A DNA stretch of 64,000 nucleotides, from assembly GCA_964016885.1 (NCBI GenBank), contig OZ024743.1:225370001-225434000 (forward strand), given 5' to 3'. This DNA comes from Eledone cirrhosa (lineage: Eukaryota). The notes beneath the pieces were generated by a model that was given only the letters and a program-made list of their open reading frames with translations, did no database searches and was not told the DNA's origin. This document shows, in pieces, positions 15,685-28,066 of the stretch (position 1 is its first letter; every line of letters begins with the position of its first letter). The position numbers were made by a program, and so were the translations under genes.

Positions 15685-15848
15685 GCTAACGTCAATATAT
15701 AAATATATGTATGTATGGTGTATGTGTGTGTATATATATATGTGTGTGTATGTGTGACCCCACTCTCAAGAGCGTGAAATTAATAAACATTTGTTTGTTC
15801 TGCCCTTCTGTTTTGTTCCCGTTCAATTTTTCCTTATATATGTGTATA

Positions 15849-15903
<55 letters not shown>

Positions 15904-15926
15904 ATGTATATGTATGTATATATATA

Positions 15927-15964
<38 letters not shown>

Positions 15965-16557
15965 TGTGTGTGTATGTATATATGTATATATATATATATA
16001 TATAAAAATATTTTTATATGTGTGTGTGTGTATATGTGTGTATTTGTGTATGTGTATGTGTATTTATGGGTGCGCGCGAGTGTGTGAGTGAGTGTGTTTT
16101 GTGAATGTGTCTGTTGATCTTTGGCATATAGTTGAATAGTTTAAGAGAAATTTGAGGATAATTGTAAGATATGCACTCAATATTTTGAATTTGTCTACAG
16201 AATTCTCTAAACCTTTGTCACTTAGAACCTTAATGAATTTAGCTTTTAAAGAATCTCCCTTTCCTTTAAATCTATCTACCATGACTGACCCCCCACTGAT
16301 CTTATAGACACCTGTTAGCTTAAGAGAAACTTAATAATAAGGAGTGGCATGCCATCCTGACCCTGTTTATAGAATTCTGTCTGCCTCTGTTACTCTAAAA
16401 ACAAAAATAAAATAAATAAAAATAAACTATAACTTTGTAGAATTAGCTTTTAATGAATTCCCTTTTCAATCAACCAATGACCTACACCCATCCCACTCCC
16501 CACCCTCTCCTACCACTTGTAGAGACCTATAAATACCATACTTATTTTTTGATACCC

Positions 16558-16608
16558 AGATTCCTGATGATTTCTAAAGAATGAAACAGTTCTAGTCCTG
16601 TAGAATCT
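16558..16608 (+). ncRNA. Type I hammerhead ribozyme in right pLTR
   Basis: AGATTC-CTGATGA-TTTCTAAAGAAT-GAAA-CAG(TTCTAGTC)CTG-TA-GAATCT. Predicted GUA cleavage after 16602. Confidence 0.85.
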
Positions 16609-16690
16609 CATCTATATTAAAACTTTTATACTCTGCAATGTATTGAGTACTTTACTTACTGTGGTTACCTCCGATTCAACCCGGAATAAA

Positions 16691-16732
<42 letters not shown>

Positions 16733-16959
16733 GTGAGATTTTTTTACAAAATGAAAAATAACTGAGGTGTCCTACACGAGTGAAAGTATAAAGAAAACAA
16801 GATGAAATCGAAAATGGAACTGGAGTCTTATTTTTTAAAAATATATATATATTTATTTGGTTCCTTTACCGGTTTCGCAGTTCTTCTGCTTTTCAAAAGT
16901 AGAGTTGAGATGGAGGGTCTGTGGTTTCTCTCACATCTATATAAATATATATATATATA

Positions 16960-17362
16960 CATGGTGGCTGCCAACTCGTTTTCGAGTACGGCCACCACTT
17001 TAGATCCATGTAGGAGAACCCCTACCGATGCACTCTGGTACAAACACTACACTTGTGACAATTATTGACACAGTGCTGGGCCCATAGTACCATGTGACAA
17101 CAAGTGCAGAGAGATCTCCAGATATATAGCAATGCCTGTGCCGTGAAGCTTTTATAGTGAGCAAAGGCACTGCACAAAGCCAGTCCCACTCTCTTAACCA
17201 AGATGATATTTACCAAAAAGAAGAACAAGTCAACATCATTGGATACCATCAGGTTTGCAGGTGTTATATCAGAGTTTTCCTTCTCCTAGAATTCTGCCCT
17301 GACAAAGGCTAAGGGGTCATCTCTCCCGGTGATTTTGGATGGCCATTGGCTCTTTAGAGCTC
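16960..17362 (-). mobile_element. SINE-like family C
   Basis: Near-identical to 28067-28676 and 36824-37240. Fixed GGCAGCCACC-ATGT end, variable other end. Confidence 0.8.
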
Positions 17363-18293
17363 CTATATATATACATACACATATATATACACACACATAT
17401 ATAGATATATATCAGAATAGCAAGAGAATATATGTAACACTGATGAATTAAGTAAGAGGCAGAGAAAGTAAAAATTAAGGAGAGAGGCTGGATAAATGGA
17501 GATAGTTGGATGAATGAAGAGAAGTGGGATGTAGATACAGAAAAAGAGAGTGAGAAGGAAACAGACAGAGCTAGAGTTATGCATTTAATTGTCAGGCCCA
17601 TTCATAAAAGATTATTGAATGTGTCTTACGATGCAGAAATCACTTGAATTCAATAGCTTGTTGGTCTTTTATTATATTCACTGCTGAACATTCAGTAGAA
17701 CATATAGAGATATATAGTAGAACACATTAAACACATGGAGTAAACACATGAATCTTTTAATAAATTACCTAAATATATCTCTGTTGTCAGACAAATACAT
17801 TTAGCCTAAATTTTGGGACCATTTAATCTAAACTATAATCCCTAAATCACTTTAGCTGCAAATAAGGTAGCTAATCCTTATTACAGAAAAATCTTTTGTG
17901 TCTTAAATGCTAAATGCATGATTTTCTATTCTAGTAATAATCATCAGAATCAATTATTTATATGCCCATTTTTTCCATGCTTGCATGGGTTTAACAAGTC
18001 TTCTCCATCAATTTCCTTCCGCTTGTTGCATTCCTGCACCATTTTCTCTGTGTGATTCAGCATATAAAGATCAGCTCTCCTTACCTCTTTCCTTCTTCAA
18101 ACTTACACTTCTGCAACTTCCTTTTACTAGGATCTCTTAGCATTTCTGCAAATATTTAGCAACTCGAATATCAAAGATTTGTGCATTTGAACCATATGGA
18201 AATTTGTTGACAGGATCTAGCTGGAACTCCTCTCCATTGCCTTCTCTGCTTTCAAACTTATATTTAAACACTTTCTTGAATATGAAAAAAATA

Positions 18294-18478
18294 ATTGTTT
18301 CTACTTTTGGCACAAGGTCACAAATTATCCCAGTGTATTACTGGTGATTTATTTTATTGACCCCCATAAGGATGAAAGGCAAAGTTAACCTCGGCGGGAT
18401 TTGAACTCAGACCATAAAGGGTCGTAACTCTTTGCTGTAAAGCATGGCGTCAGACCCTCTACCGATACTGCCAATCCA
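18294..18478 (-). mobile_element. SINE family A
   Basis: Near full-length homology to other copies. Confidence 0.85.
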
Positions 18479-18499
18479 CATGTGGGGAGTCCTGGTAGC

Positions 18500-19475
18500 G
18501 GTGAACAGGAATTTGAGGGTTACATGTGAGTTGGATGATATATACAAGTGTTGTGAATGTAAATATTGGTATGGTGGATGGAGTCAGGTATATGTGTGTG
18601 GTTATAGAAACTGTGGGGAGGAGTTGAGGTCATTTTGGAAAGTAGTTCCAAGGTAAAAATTTAAGTTCTACTCAGTACTAGTGTGAATAGCTGGTAATTT
18701 GTGGTGTAAAATGATGCCTAAGACACAGCAGTATTGAGTAGATTGGTTGGGGGAACAGAAGTGATGGACAACAGCGGTGTTTTTTGCAAGTTGTGTGTGC
18801 CTATGTCATTATGAACCAGCCAAAGTAACATGTGTAATATAGCAGCCAAATATTTTGAATTAATATGGCCTTCAAAACGGTTGGAAGTTGGTAAAAAAAA
18901 ACATTGCATAATGGAGTTATGAAACAAAAATTATGCTTTTAATGAAACTTAAAACATTTAAAATATCAAAATATTAAAATTTCATAAATATATTTTCCAC
19001 TCACGAGAATTTCAAAACTACATCATCTAAACATGATGTGTTGATTAGTTGCCATGACTCATAAATGAGATTTAGATTTTTGCCCATTTCTCAGACATAA
19101 AATACATGGTCTGCTTATATTCGGATTGGATTATATTCGAGTATATATAGTAATTCTCACAGAGATTCAGTGTGGCCTTTTGAATCACAGTTATAGTTTC
19201 CATCTATTCACTTTCTCTCACATGGCTTGGGTTAAGCTGAAGGAAGCTATGATTCCCAACTACTCACACTAGGACTGAGTAGAACTTAATTTTTCATGTT
19301 GGAACTACTTTCCTAAATGACCTCAACTCCTTCCCACAGTTTCTATAGCTTCCCTTTATCTTTGTTTTCACACACACCCACATACACCTTGCACCATCCA
19401 TCACACCAACAATCACATTCACAGCACTTGTGTGTGCCAACCAACTCACATGTAACCTTCAAATTCTTGCTCACA
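18500..19475. repeat. Pair of diverged ~200-bp repeats in inverted orientation (18500-18696 / 19256-19475)
   Basis: For example GTTACATGTGAGTTGG vs CCAACTCACATGTAAC, and AAGTTCTACTCAGT vs ACTGAGTAGAACTT. Confidence 0.75.
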
Positions 19476-20251
19476 CATGCATATCTATTAGATACATTGG
19501 TCCCACCATGCACGTGATAAGTACAGCAAAAGTAAGACAGCATTCTATACAGCAGCAAATCATGGCCAGGAACAACTATGCTTCACAGAGCATGGGAATT
19601 GAGTCTAATGAGTGGTGCGGATGATTGGGAGTGAACAGCAGATCATCCAGGATCAGCAAAACAACCAGAAATCATCAGAAAGTGTGGTTGAAGATGCCAC
19701 ACAGTGAAATTGAACACAAGACCTAATGATTGTGAAACAAACTTCTTAACCGTTCAGCCATGCTGTGTCTGTATGATATTGGAATACCAACAACTATGGC
19801 TTCTCAACATTTGATCTTACATTACCTATGGCAATAATTCACAAACTTTCATGAACAGTTGACTTAATTTAATAAAATAAATAGCAACAACAACACAGAC
19901 ATAGGCCCGAAATAAGTTGAATACTGGAGTGTGAAACAATAACTAAACATCTCAGTAGAATAAAGAAAATGTTTTGTTTTAACAGTTTTAACTTCTGTTT
20001 ATCTTTTTATAATATTAATTTTGTTACCCTGAATTATAATTATTCTTAATTGAATTATTTAACCCATTTAATTATGCTATTTAATTATTGTTTATTAATA
20101 TTGCTTTTATTATTCTTTCATTAAAGCTAGAATAAATTTAATGAAATTCTATTAGAAAGATTCATTTCAAAAATATTGTTCATTGATAATTATTGATATT
20201 ATTCATTTCTTAGGATGGTGAGCAAATAAACATTGCATAATTAGGATTCCC

Positions 20252-21125
20252 ATGATGGTGGTAATGGTAGTGTTGGTGGTGGTAAGTAGGGTGGTAGTGG
20301 TAGTGGTGGTGGTGGTAATGATAGTGTTGGTGGTGGTGATGAGGGTGGTAGTGGTAGGGGTGGTAATGATGGTGGTGGTGGTAATGATGGTGGTGGTGGT
20401 GGTAATGATAGTGGTGGTGGTGGCAATGATAGTGGCGGTGGTGGTAATGATAGTGGTGGTGGTAATGGTAGTGTTGGTGATGGTGATGAGGGTGGTAGTG
20501 GTAGTGGTGGTGGTGGTGGTAATGATAGTGGTGGTGGTGGTAATGATAGTGGCGGTGGTGGTAATGATAGTGGCGGTGGTGGTAATGATAGTGTTGGTGG
20601 TGGTGATGAGAGTGGTAGTGGTAGTGGTGGTAATGATAGTGGTGGTGTTGGTAATGATAGTGGCGGTGGTGGTAATGGTAGTGTTGGTGGTTGTGATGAG
20701 GGTGGTAGTGGTAGTGGTGGTGGTGGTAATGATAGTGGCGGTGGTGGTAATGGTAGTGTTGGTGGTGGTAATGATAGTGGTGGTGGTTGTAATGATAGTG
20801 GTGGTGGTGGTAATGATAGTGGTGGTGGTGGTAATGATAGTGGTGGTGGTGGTAATGGTAGTGTTGGTAGTGGTGATGATGGTGGTAGTGGTGGTGGTGG
20901 TGGTAATGATGGTGGTAGTGGTGGTGGTGGTAATGATAGTGGTGGTGGTGGTGGTGGTAATGGTAGTGATGATGGTGGTAATGATAGTGTTGGTGGTGGT
21001 GATGTTGGTGGTGGTGATGATGGTGGTAGTGGTAGTGTTGGTAGTGTTGATGGTGATGATGGTGGTAATGGTAGTTGTGGTGGCAGAATGTGGTGGTAGC
21101 AGTTTTTAGCAGTGGTGGTGGCAGC
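20252..21125. repeat. Degenerate (GGT/GAT/AGT)n trinucleotide array with a GGTAATGATAGT higher-order unit
   Basis: Direct reading. Gives spurious poly-His, poly-Val and poly-Pro ORFs. Confidence 0.9.
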
Positions 21126-21161
21126 TGGAGAGTATTGGTAGTAGCAGTAAAAGCAGCACTA

Positions 21162-21212
<51 letters not shown>

Positions 21213-21344
21213 GCATATACACACACACACACACATATATATATATACACACACGCACACACATATATATATATATACACAAACACACACATATATATAT
21301 ATATACACACACACACACATATATATATATACACACGCATTTAT

Positions 21345-21397
<53 letters not shown>

Positions 21398-21419
21398 CAC
21401 ATACACACACACACACACA

Positions 21420-21485
<66 letters not shown>

Positions 21486-21489
<4 letters not shown>

Positions 21490-22105
21490 AATATCTTTAA
21501 GTCATTTGGAAGCCTCGACAATGCAAATGAGTAAATCTCCGGGTAACAAGATCCAGTGGTGGAGAGAGAGATGTAAGTGGGTGTACGTTGAGATGCGTGG
21601 TGTGTAAAGATGTGTAAATGTGTAGAAGAAAGAAGGGAAGAGTATAAAGGATAAAATAAAGAGAGAGTTACCTTGGGAGAGATTTAATAGTCCCTATATA
21701 TTTCGGATTCACATCCATCAATTGGGTTTTTTTTTCCATGGTAAAGGTTGTCTGTCGGACAGGTGCGAAACACGTCCTCCGCTGTTTGTTGTTTTGAATA
21801 TCTCAAGATACCCTTTCAAAATGCAACCGTTACTTTTGGAAGACATCAGGGATAGTAACGATTGCATTTTGAAAGGGTATGTCAATATTTATTTATAAAA
21901 CTGGTATATATTGTATTTTGTCTGATGAAAGCATACCATAATTTAACATGGTATCCTTGAAATATGTATAATAAAATAGATATGGTTTTATAAATATAGT
22001 TTCCATTTGTTAATATCGTATATTTACTCCAAATACTTGAGTGCTTTATATCAGTTATAAAAATATTTGCTTGTTGTATCCCAACAATTTAAATAGAACT
22101 TTTGC
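21486..22105 (+). mobile_element. Hammerhead-bearing PLE-pLTR-like element between (TA)n tracts
   Basis: Central hairpin 21808-21880 and hammerhead 21914-21978. (TA)n on both sides. Confidence 0.6.
21914..21978 (+). ncRNA. Type I hammerhead ribozyme (short stem III, long stem II)
   Basis: TATTTTGT-CTGATGA-AAGCATACCAT..ATGGTATCCTT-GAAA-TATGTA-TA-ATAAAATA. Stem I extends via ATTTATAAAAC/GTTTTATAAAT. Confidence 0.75.
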
Positions 22106-22109
22106 ATAT

Positions 22110-22824
22110 ATATATATATATATATATAAATTTGAACATTTCTGTAGGTATGTGTATATGTGTGTCAACATTTTTTAACGAGGGCTCATATATTCTAAAC
22201 TATACATGCAATTTCTTTGAAATTTTTATACAGAGCTTCTCCTTGCACAAAACCTGTACATGATCTACAAAGGCTTTCAAAAATCGATATTGGGGCCTTT
22301 GGAGACATTAAAAAAAGTTTTGGTTATTTGTGTGAATTTTCGTGATTAATAAAGACAAGAGTTATCTTTCGTAATCAAGAGTTATCTTTCTTAATTCGGC
22401 TCATTCGGATTTTAATTTAATCTTTCTACTTGAAACAAAGAGAATTAACAATATCATTTCGTATACCAGCAATTTCTAACAGATTACAAAGTTAAGTTAT
22501 TGATTTAACATCGTATAATTTATCGTTTCAAGCTTGATGTTCATATTAACTGATCTCATAACTTTTACAATATTATGCTTAAATTTATCTAAAAGATGGT
22601 TTAGAATTATTCTATTTTTTCGTATTGATTAGACTACGTTTCTGACACATAATTTAATTATTAACTTACATACCCTGTACATTTCCAACGTTTTACTGCT
22701 ACATGTACTTCAAATACATTTTACAATTAATCTTTATTTTTACATTCGATTGTGTTATATCGTGTTTCTTCTATGTATTCAAATTTACTTTCTTTAATGA
22801 GCTACAGGACGGGTAGTTTAGCTA

Positions 22825-22825
<1 letters not shown>
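22110..22825 (+). mobile_element. Possible non-autonomous Helitron
   Basis: Ends ...CGGGTAGTTTAGCTAG|T (CTRR 3' terminus). Starts after (TA)n with a GTAT/GTGT-rich subterminal tract. Confidence 0.4.
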
Positions 22826-22880
<55 letters not shown>

Positions 22881-22904
22881 TATATATAGTATATATATAT
22901 ATAT

Positions 22905-23450
22905 CGGTGAATCCATACGTACATATATATATGTGTGTGCATGTATATGTATGTACGTGTACATACTTATATTTAAGTAACAGCCGAACTAAGAGTGGGA
23001 AATAAAATTTTGTTTCATTTTTTCCGTTTATCATTTTCGGTGCATCCGGCCGATTAACCCACTCGATATGCAAATTGGGCTACTCGGCCGTTAATATCCA
23101 TAAGGTCAGTATATACGTTCAACAATCTGGCAGGAAGGTATATGTTGCTGACGATAGCAAATAAGCTTGAAACTAGTACAGCGTTATTTGTCAGTGTTGA
23201 ACAAACGAGCAACGATGGTTGATGGACACTACGGCTTAATACGGGATGTTTGTTTACAACCACACCGAGCATTATAATAAATGTTCTGTGAATCCATACG
23301 TACATATATATATATGTGTGCATGTATGTATATATATATATACATACTACTGTACGTCTGTATACATATATGTATGTACGTGTACATACTTATATCTAAG
23401 TAACAGCCGTACTAAGAGTGGGAAATGAAATTTCGTTTCATTTTTTTCGT
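22905..23450 (+). mobile_element. Hammerhead-bearing non-autonomous element with direct terminal repeats (copy 2)
   Basis: ~22908-23028 is repeated at ~23288-23450. Homologous to 2205-2657. Confidence 0.8.
23144..23182 (+). ncRNA. Minimal type I hammerhead ribozyme, intact core
   Basis: GTTG-CTGACGA-TAGCAAATAAGCTT-GAAA-CTAG-TA-CAGC; palindromic stem III. Confidence 0.8.
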
Positions 23451-23476
23451 GTATATATATATATATATATACACAC

Positions 23477-23571
<95 letters not shown>

Positions 23572-23663
23572 TATATATATACACACACACATATATATAT
23601 ATATACACACACACATATATATATATACACACACACATATATATATATATATACACACATATA

Positions 23664-26600
23664 TCATCATCATCATCAACGTTTAACGTCCGTGTTCCAC
23701 GCTTGCATGGGTTTGGATGGGGGTTTTCCCACATGAGGCAAGAGTGATTGTCTTGCTCGCATAGGACTGTCTGGCAGGTTTTCTACAGTTGGATGCCCTT
23801 CCTAACACCAACCACATTTACAGTGTGGGTCTGGGAGGTTTTTACCGTGTTGCCTACACGGCCACATTACAGCATGGACTGTGTGTTTTTTTGGCGTGAC
23901 ACATACACCATCTCATTTGTTTCGGCCTGGATGGTGTGGCACCAACATAACTTTACGTAGAAGGGGGCGGTGTGGATGGGACGGGGGTGGTGGGACGGGT
24001 GTGTATTTTGTTAGAGATGCCTACTGACGGTAGTAGGTTTTACTATGTATTTAGGTAAGGCGGGTCTTCTCTATTACTGAATACCGCCAAAGGTCTCGGT
24101 CCAGTGACATTGTCTTGGAGAGGTGTAAGTGTGTGAGGTCGAAGTTTATCAGCTCGTCCCAGGTTTTTCTAGGTCTGCCTATTCCGTGGCTACCGTCTAT
24201 CTTTATTGCCCTGCACTTTGTTATACAGCTATCGACTTTCATGCGCATCATGTGTCCATACCAACGTAGCCTTCTCTCGAGTAAACAACATCTGATCGCT
24301 CTTATTTCTAATTTTTTCCTTAGTTCGTTTATGCTTTGCCGTTCACGTATATTACTATTACACATCCAGCGGAGCATGCAAGCTTCATTCCTCTCTAGTC
24401 TGCGTATATCCTCTGCACACAATGCCCAGGTCTCACTGCCATGCAACATTGCTGTTCTTTTTCCATCCAGTTCTGACTCAAGCTACTGTACTTTCAGAGC
24501 ACCCTCCCCCACTGCTGATTTTGTCACCCAGGTAACGGAAGCTGTCCACTATTTCTATAGAGCCCTCTGCGCAGTTGAAAGAGCTAGTATTTTGTTGGCA
24601 CTTGCTGCTACTTATTGCACCAGAGCACCGGCCACATGTGAAATCTATGTCCTTAGTTAGCTTACCTGTGATCCCACTACATCTTTTATGCACCCATACT
24701 TTGCATTTCTGACACAAAATGGAGTTTCTATCTACGCCTTTCCTACACACTGAGCATGGCCACTTCCCGGAAGGGACCGCCGCCTTATTTTCTTTCCTAC
24801 AAACTAGAACTTTGGTCTTAGCCAGGTTAATTTTAAGGCCTTTTGATTCTAGGCCATGCTTCCATGTTTGGAATTTCTTCTCTAGCTCGGCCATTGATTC
24901 AGCTACGAGTGTTAGGTCGTCTGCGTATAGGAGTTCCCATGGGCAGCCGGTCTTGAACTCCTCTGTTATAGCCTGAAGGGCAATAATAAATAGTAGGGGG
25001 CTGAGAACAGAGCCCTGATGGACGCCAACTTTTACGCTAAACTCTTCACTATATTCGTTGTTAATTCTAACCTTGCTGACTGTTTCTTTATACATGACTT
25101 GTATAGCTCTCACAAGCCATTCGTCGACACCTAGTTTTCTAAGAGCCCACCAGATAATGGAACGGGGGACTCTGTCGAAGGCTTTCTCCAAGTCAACAAA
25201 AGCTAAGTATAGGGGTTTACTTTTAGCTAGGTACTTCTCCTGTAGTTGTCGTACAATGAAAAGAGCGTCTGTGGTACTTTTGCCTGCCACAAACCCGAAC
25301 TGCATTTCATCTAGGTCAATTCTCTCTCTGATTAGTTGCGCTATTACTTTTTTCGTGACCTTCATGGCCTGGTCGATTAATTTAATGCCTCTATAGTTAC
25401 TCCTATCTATGGCATCTCCTTTACCCTTATAACAGTTAACGATGATGCTGCTACGCCAGTCCTTCGGAACAACCCCATTCTGTAAGACTTGGTTAACTAT
25501 CCGGGTGACCATGGTGTGTCCCACCGTGCCAGATGCCTTCAGCATCTCAGCAACAATTTCCGAAGGCCCAGCCGCCTTACCCGTCTTCATATCCTTGATT
25601 GCCTTACTTATTATACTACCCTCGACTAACACTGCTGGTCCCTCTATTGGGTCGATGTGGGGGAGACTGTCTTTCTCCCATTTATTCTCCTCATTTAGTA
25701 GCCTTTCATAGTGACACTTCCAAGCTACCTTCTTATCAGCGTCGGTGATGGCAAGTACGCCGTCATCATTAAGTACACACTTCTCCCCGACAATATCACG
25801 GTTTTCCTTGACACATTGCCTAGCAATCCTGAACACCTCACGTTTTTGGTCCTCGCGTTGTAGAACATGCTTGAACTTTCTTTCCTCTGCTTCCCTTCTT
25901 GCGAAGTACACTTGTCTCCTAGCTTCCCTCCTGGCCACTTGATAGTCTTCTCTACTTCCCCCATCCCGCCATGCTTTCCAAGCCTGCTTTTTGGCCTTGA
26001 TTGACTCCTCCACCTTACTGTTCCACCACCATGTTACTCTCCTCCTGCCTACAGGCCTGCTCCAGCCACAGACTTCGTCTGCCGCCATCAGCAGGTTTGC
26101 TTTCAGGAATTCCCACTGTTCCTCTACCTTGTACGACTAATTGCTCTTCCTTACTGTCGAAAGCATCAAGTAGTATACTTTTAAATTTATTTCTGGCTGT
26201 GGGGTCCTTTAGCTTCCATATTTTTCTCCTGAGGATAGTCCTCTTCAGTTGTCTAGTACGTCTCGTCCTGACTATTAGGTCGCTAATTATCAGTCTATGT
26301 TGGGAGGTGCATTCTTCATGGGGGAGGGATTTAGTGTTTACAACAGACACTCTGTCACGTCTTCTGGTAAGGATATAATCTACCTGGCTTGTGTGTTCCC
26401 CGGATCTATAGGTGATCAGGTGATTGTCACGTTTTTTGAAGTTAGTGTTACAGATAGTTAGGTTATTTGCGTCACAGAATTCCAGGATTCTGGAGCCTTC
26501 CTCATTTCTAGTACCAAACCCATAGCCTCCATGGATTTCGTCGTAGCCGTCACAATGTTGTCCAACGTGACCATTTAGGTCGCTAGCAATAATTATGTAG

Positions 26601-27705
26601 TCACTGTCGGTTATTTGGGAGGTAGTGAGCATCAGTGTCTCATAGAATCTGTCTTTTATAGTGCCGGGCAGTCCGGATTGGGGTGCGTACGCAGATATTA
26701 CTGTCACCGTAGTTCTATTGAGGACAAGTCTTATTTTAATTATTCTGTCGTTCACTCTATTTACGTCTATTATCTTATCTGCCCACTTTTCTGCTACCAT
26801 GATTCCTACTCCACCCAGCCCATCGTCATTTCCCACCCAGAAAAGCTTATAGCATCGTTTTTTACCCTCAATGAATCTAGCAGACCCACCCCTCCACCTG
26901 ATCTCTTGAATACAACAAACATCGACCTCCTTACGTTCAAGCATTTCTACAACCTCATTAGCGCGACCCTTTAAGGTGCCTACATTTATGGTACCAACTC
27001 TGAAGGTTTGGATTGCGTTTGGAGGGTGGGGGCGGTGGGGAGCGGGGGGAGATGGGGTTATGTTAGCCATCCGCGGTCGAAACAAAGAGGAGTACTCGCA
27101 TTGTCGTCCACGAGGTGAATTTGTCTTTATCTTTGGCATTGTTGCTGAGCATCCAGATTTTTCTCTCTCTTCCACTCTCCAGGATTCCGTAGTCCATCCA
27201 TCCATCATATATCGAAAGGCAACCAGGCAAGCGATAGTATAGGCCTCTAGCTTATGATTGGTCCACGTAATAATAATGGTGATGCGTGGGGGCTCTGGCT
27301 TATGATTGGTCCACGTAATAACAATGGTGGTGTGTGGGGGCGGGAGGGGTGTTGGGTAGCTAGCTAGAAGGTAAGGATTGAATGAGGTCCTCGTATTTAA
27401 CAAGCGATTAACAAAAATACAAGATTTGTTCTGTTCAATACGACAAAAACTCTCGTATTTAACAAGTAATAACAAAAAATACAGATTTGTTTTAGGAATA
27501 CGACCGCTACATTTAGGATTTGGCAAGATTGGAGGTTTGGACTGGATACGAAATGGAAGTGTGGAGATGGTAGAAAAATGTGTACATTACGTTACATGAT
27601 ATACCGTGGAAGGAGCAGCGATGAATTTGGCGAAAGTGATTTACTTGAAGGGTTTATCTTATATATATATAGCTAAGAGGGAGAAGGGGGAGAGAGAGAG
27701 GGAGA

Positions 27706-27743
<38 letters not shown>

Positions 27744-27850
27744 GGGGGGGGATAGGTTTGACCGCATGATGAAGGTATTGGGGTGGCTGACCGCGAAGCC
27801 CTCGTGAAGTAGAGGGAGGGGTCGGAGGATAGTAGAAGCGGGAGTTTAGA
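23664..27850 (-). mobile_element. RTE-clade LINE, near full length, defective
   Basis: APE endonuclease and RT in one disrupted ORF, 3'UTR with GTTAGGAAGGGCATCCA, (GAT)n tail. 5' limit approximate. Confidence 0.93.
24051..27137 (-). pseudogene. RTE APE endonuclease-reverse transcriptase with internal PHD-like finger
   Basis: ORFs 26015-27526 (NVGTL, IQE, SAYAPQ, DLNGH, SQVDY), 24478-26088 (FVDLEKAFD, QGSVLSP, YADD, FRYLG) and 24051-24449. Relative to sister copies there is a 2-bp deletion at ~26138 and an ~80-bp deletion at ~24457. Confidence 0.9.
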
Positions 27851-27910
27851 GTTTTCGAAGTAGCATAATATATTTAAAGGAATTTATAAGAAGAAGAAGG
27901 AAAGGATTTT

Positions 27911-27949
<39 letters not shown>

Positions 27950-28066
27950 TATATATATATATATACACACACATATATATATATATATATACACACATAT
28001 ATATATATATATAAACACACATATATATATATATATATACACACATATATATATATATACACACAT

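Noticed and set aside
17915-17955. Minus-strand CTGATGA-TTATTACTAGAATA-GAAA hammerhead-like string
   Set aside because: No stem III or UH cleavage triplet follows.
20210-21340. Poly-His, poly-Val and extensin-like poly-Pro ORFs
   Set aside because: Trinucleotide repeat open in several frames, with no unique domain or splice support.
21691-21727. Minus-strand decayed hammerhead-like string (TTGAT-GGAT..ATCC-GAAATATATAGGG)
   Set aside because: Catalytic core incomplete; cannot be supported without other copies.
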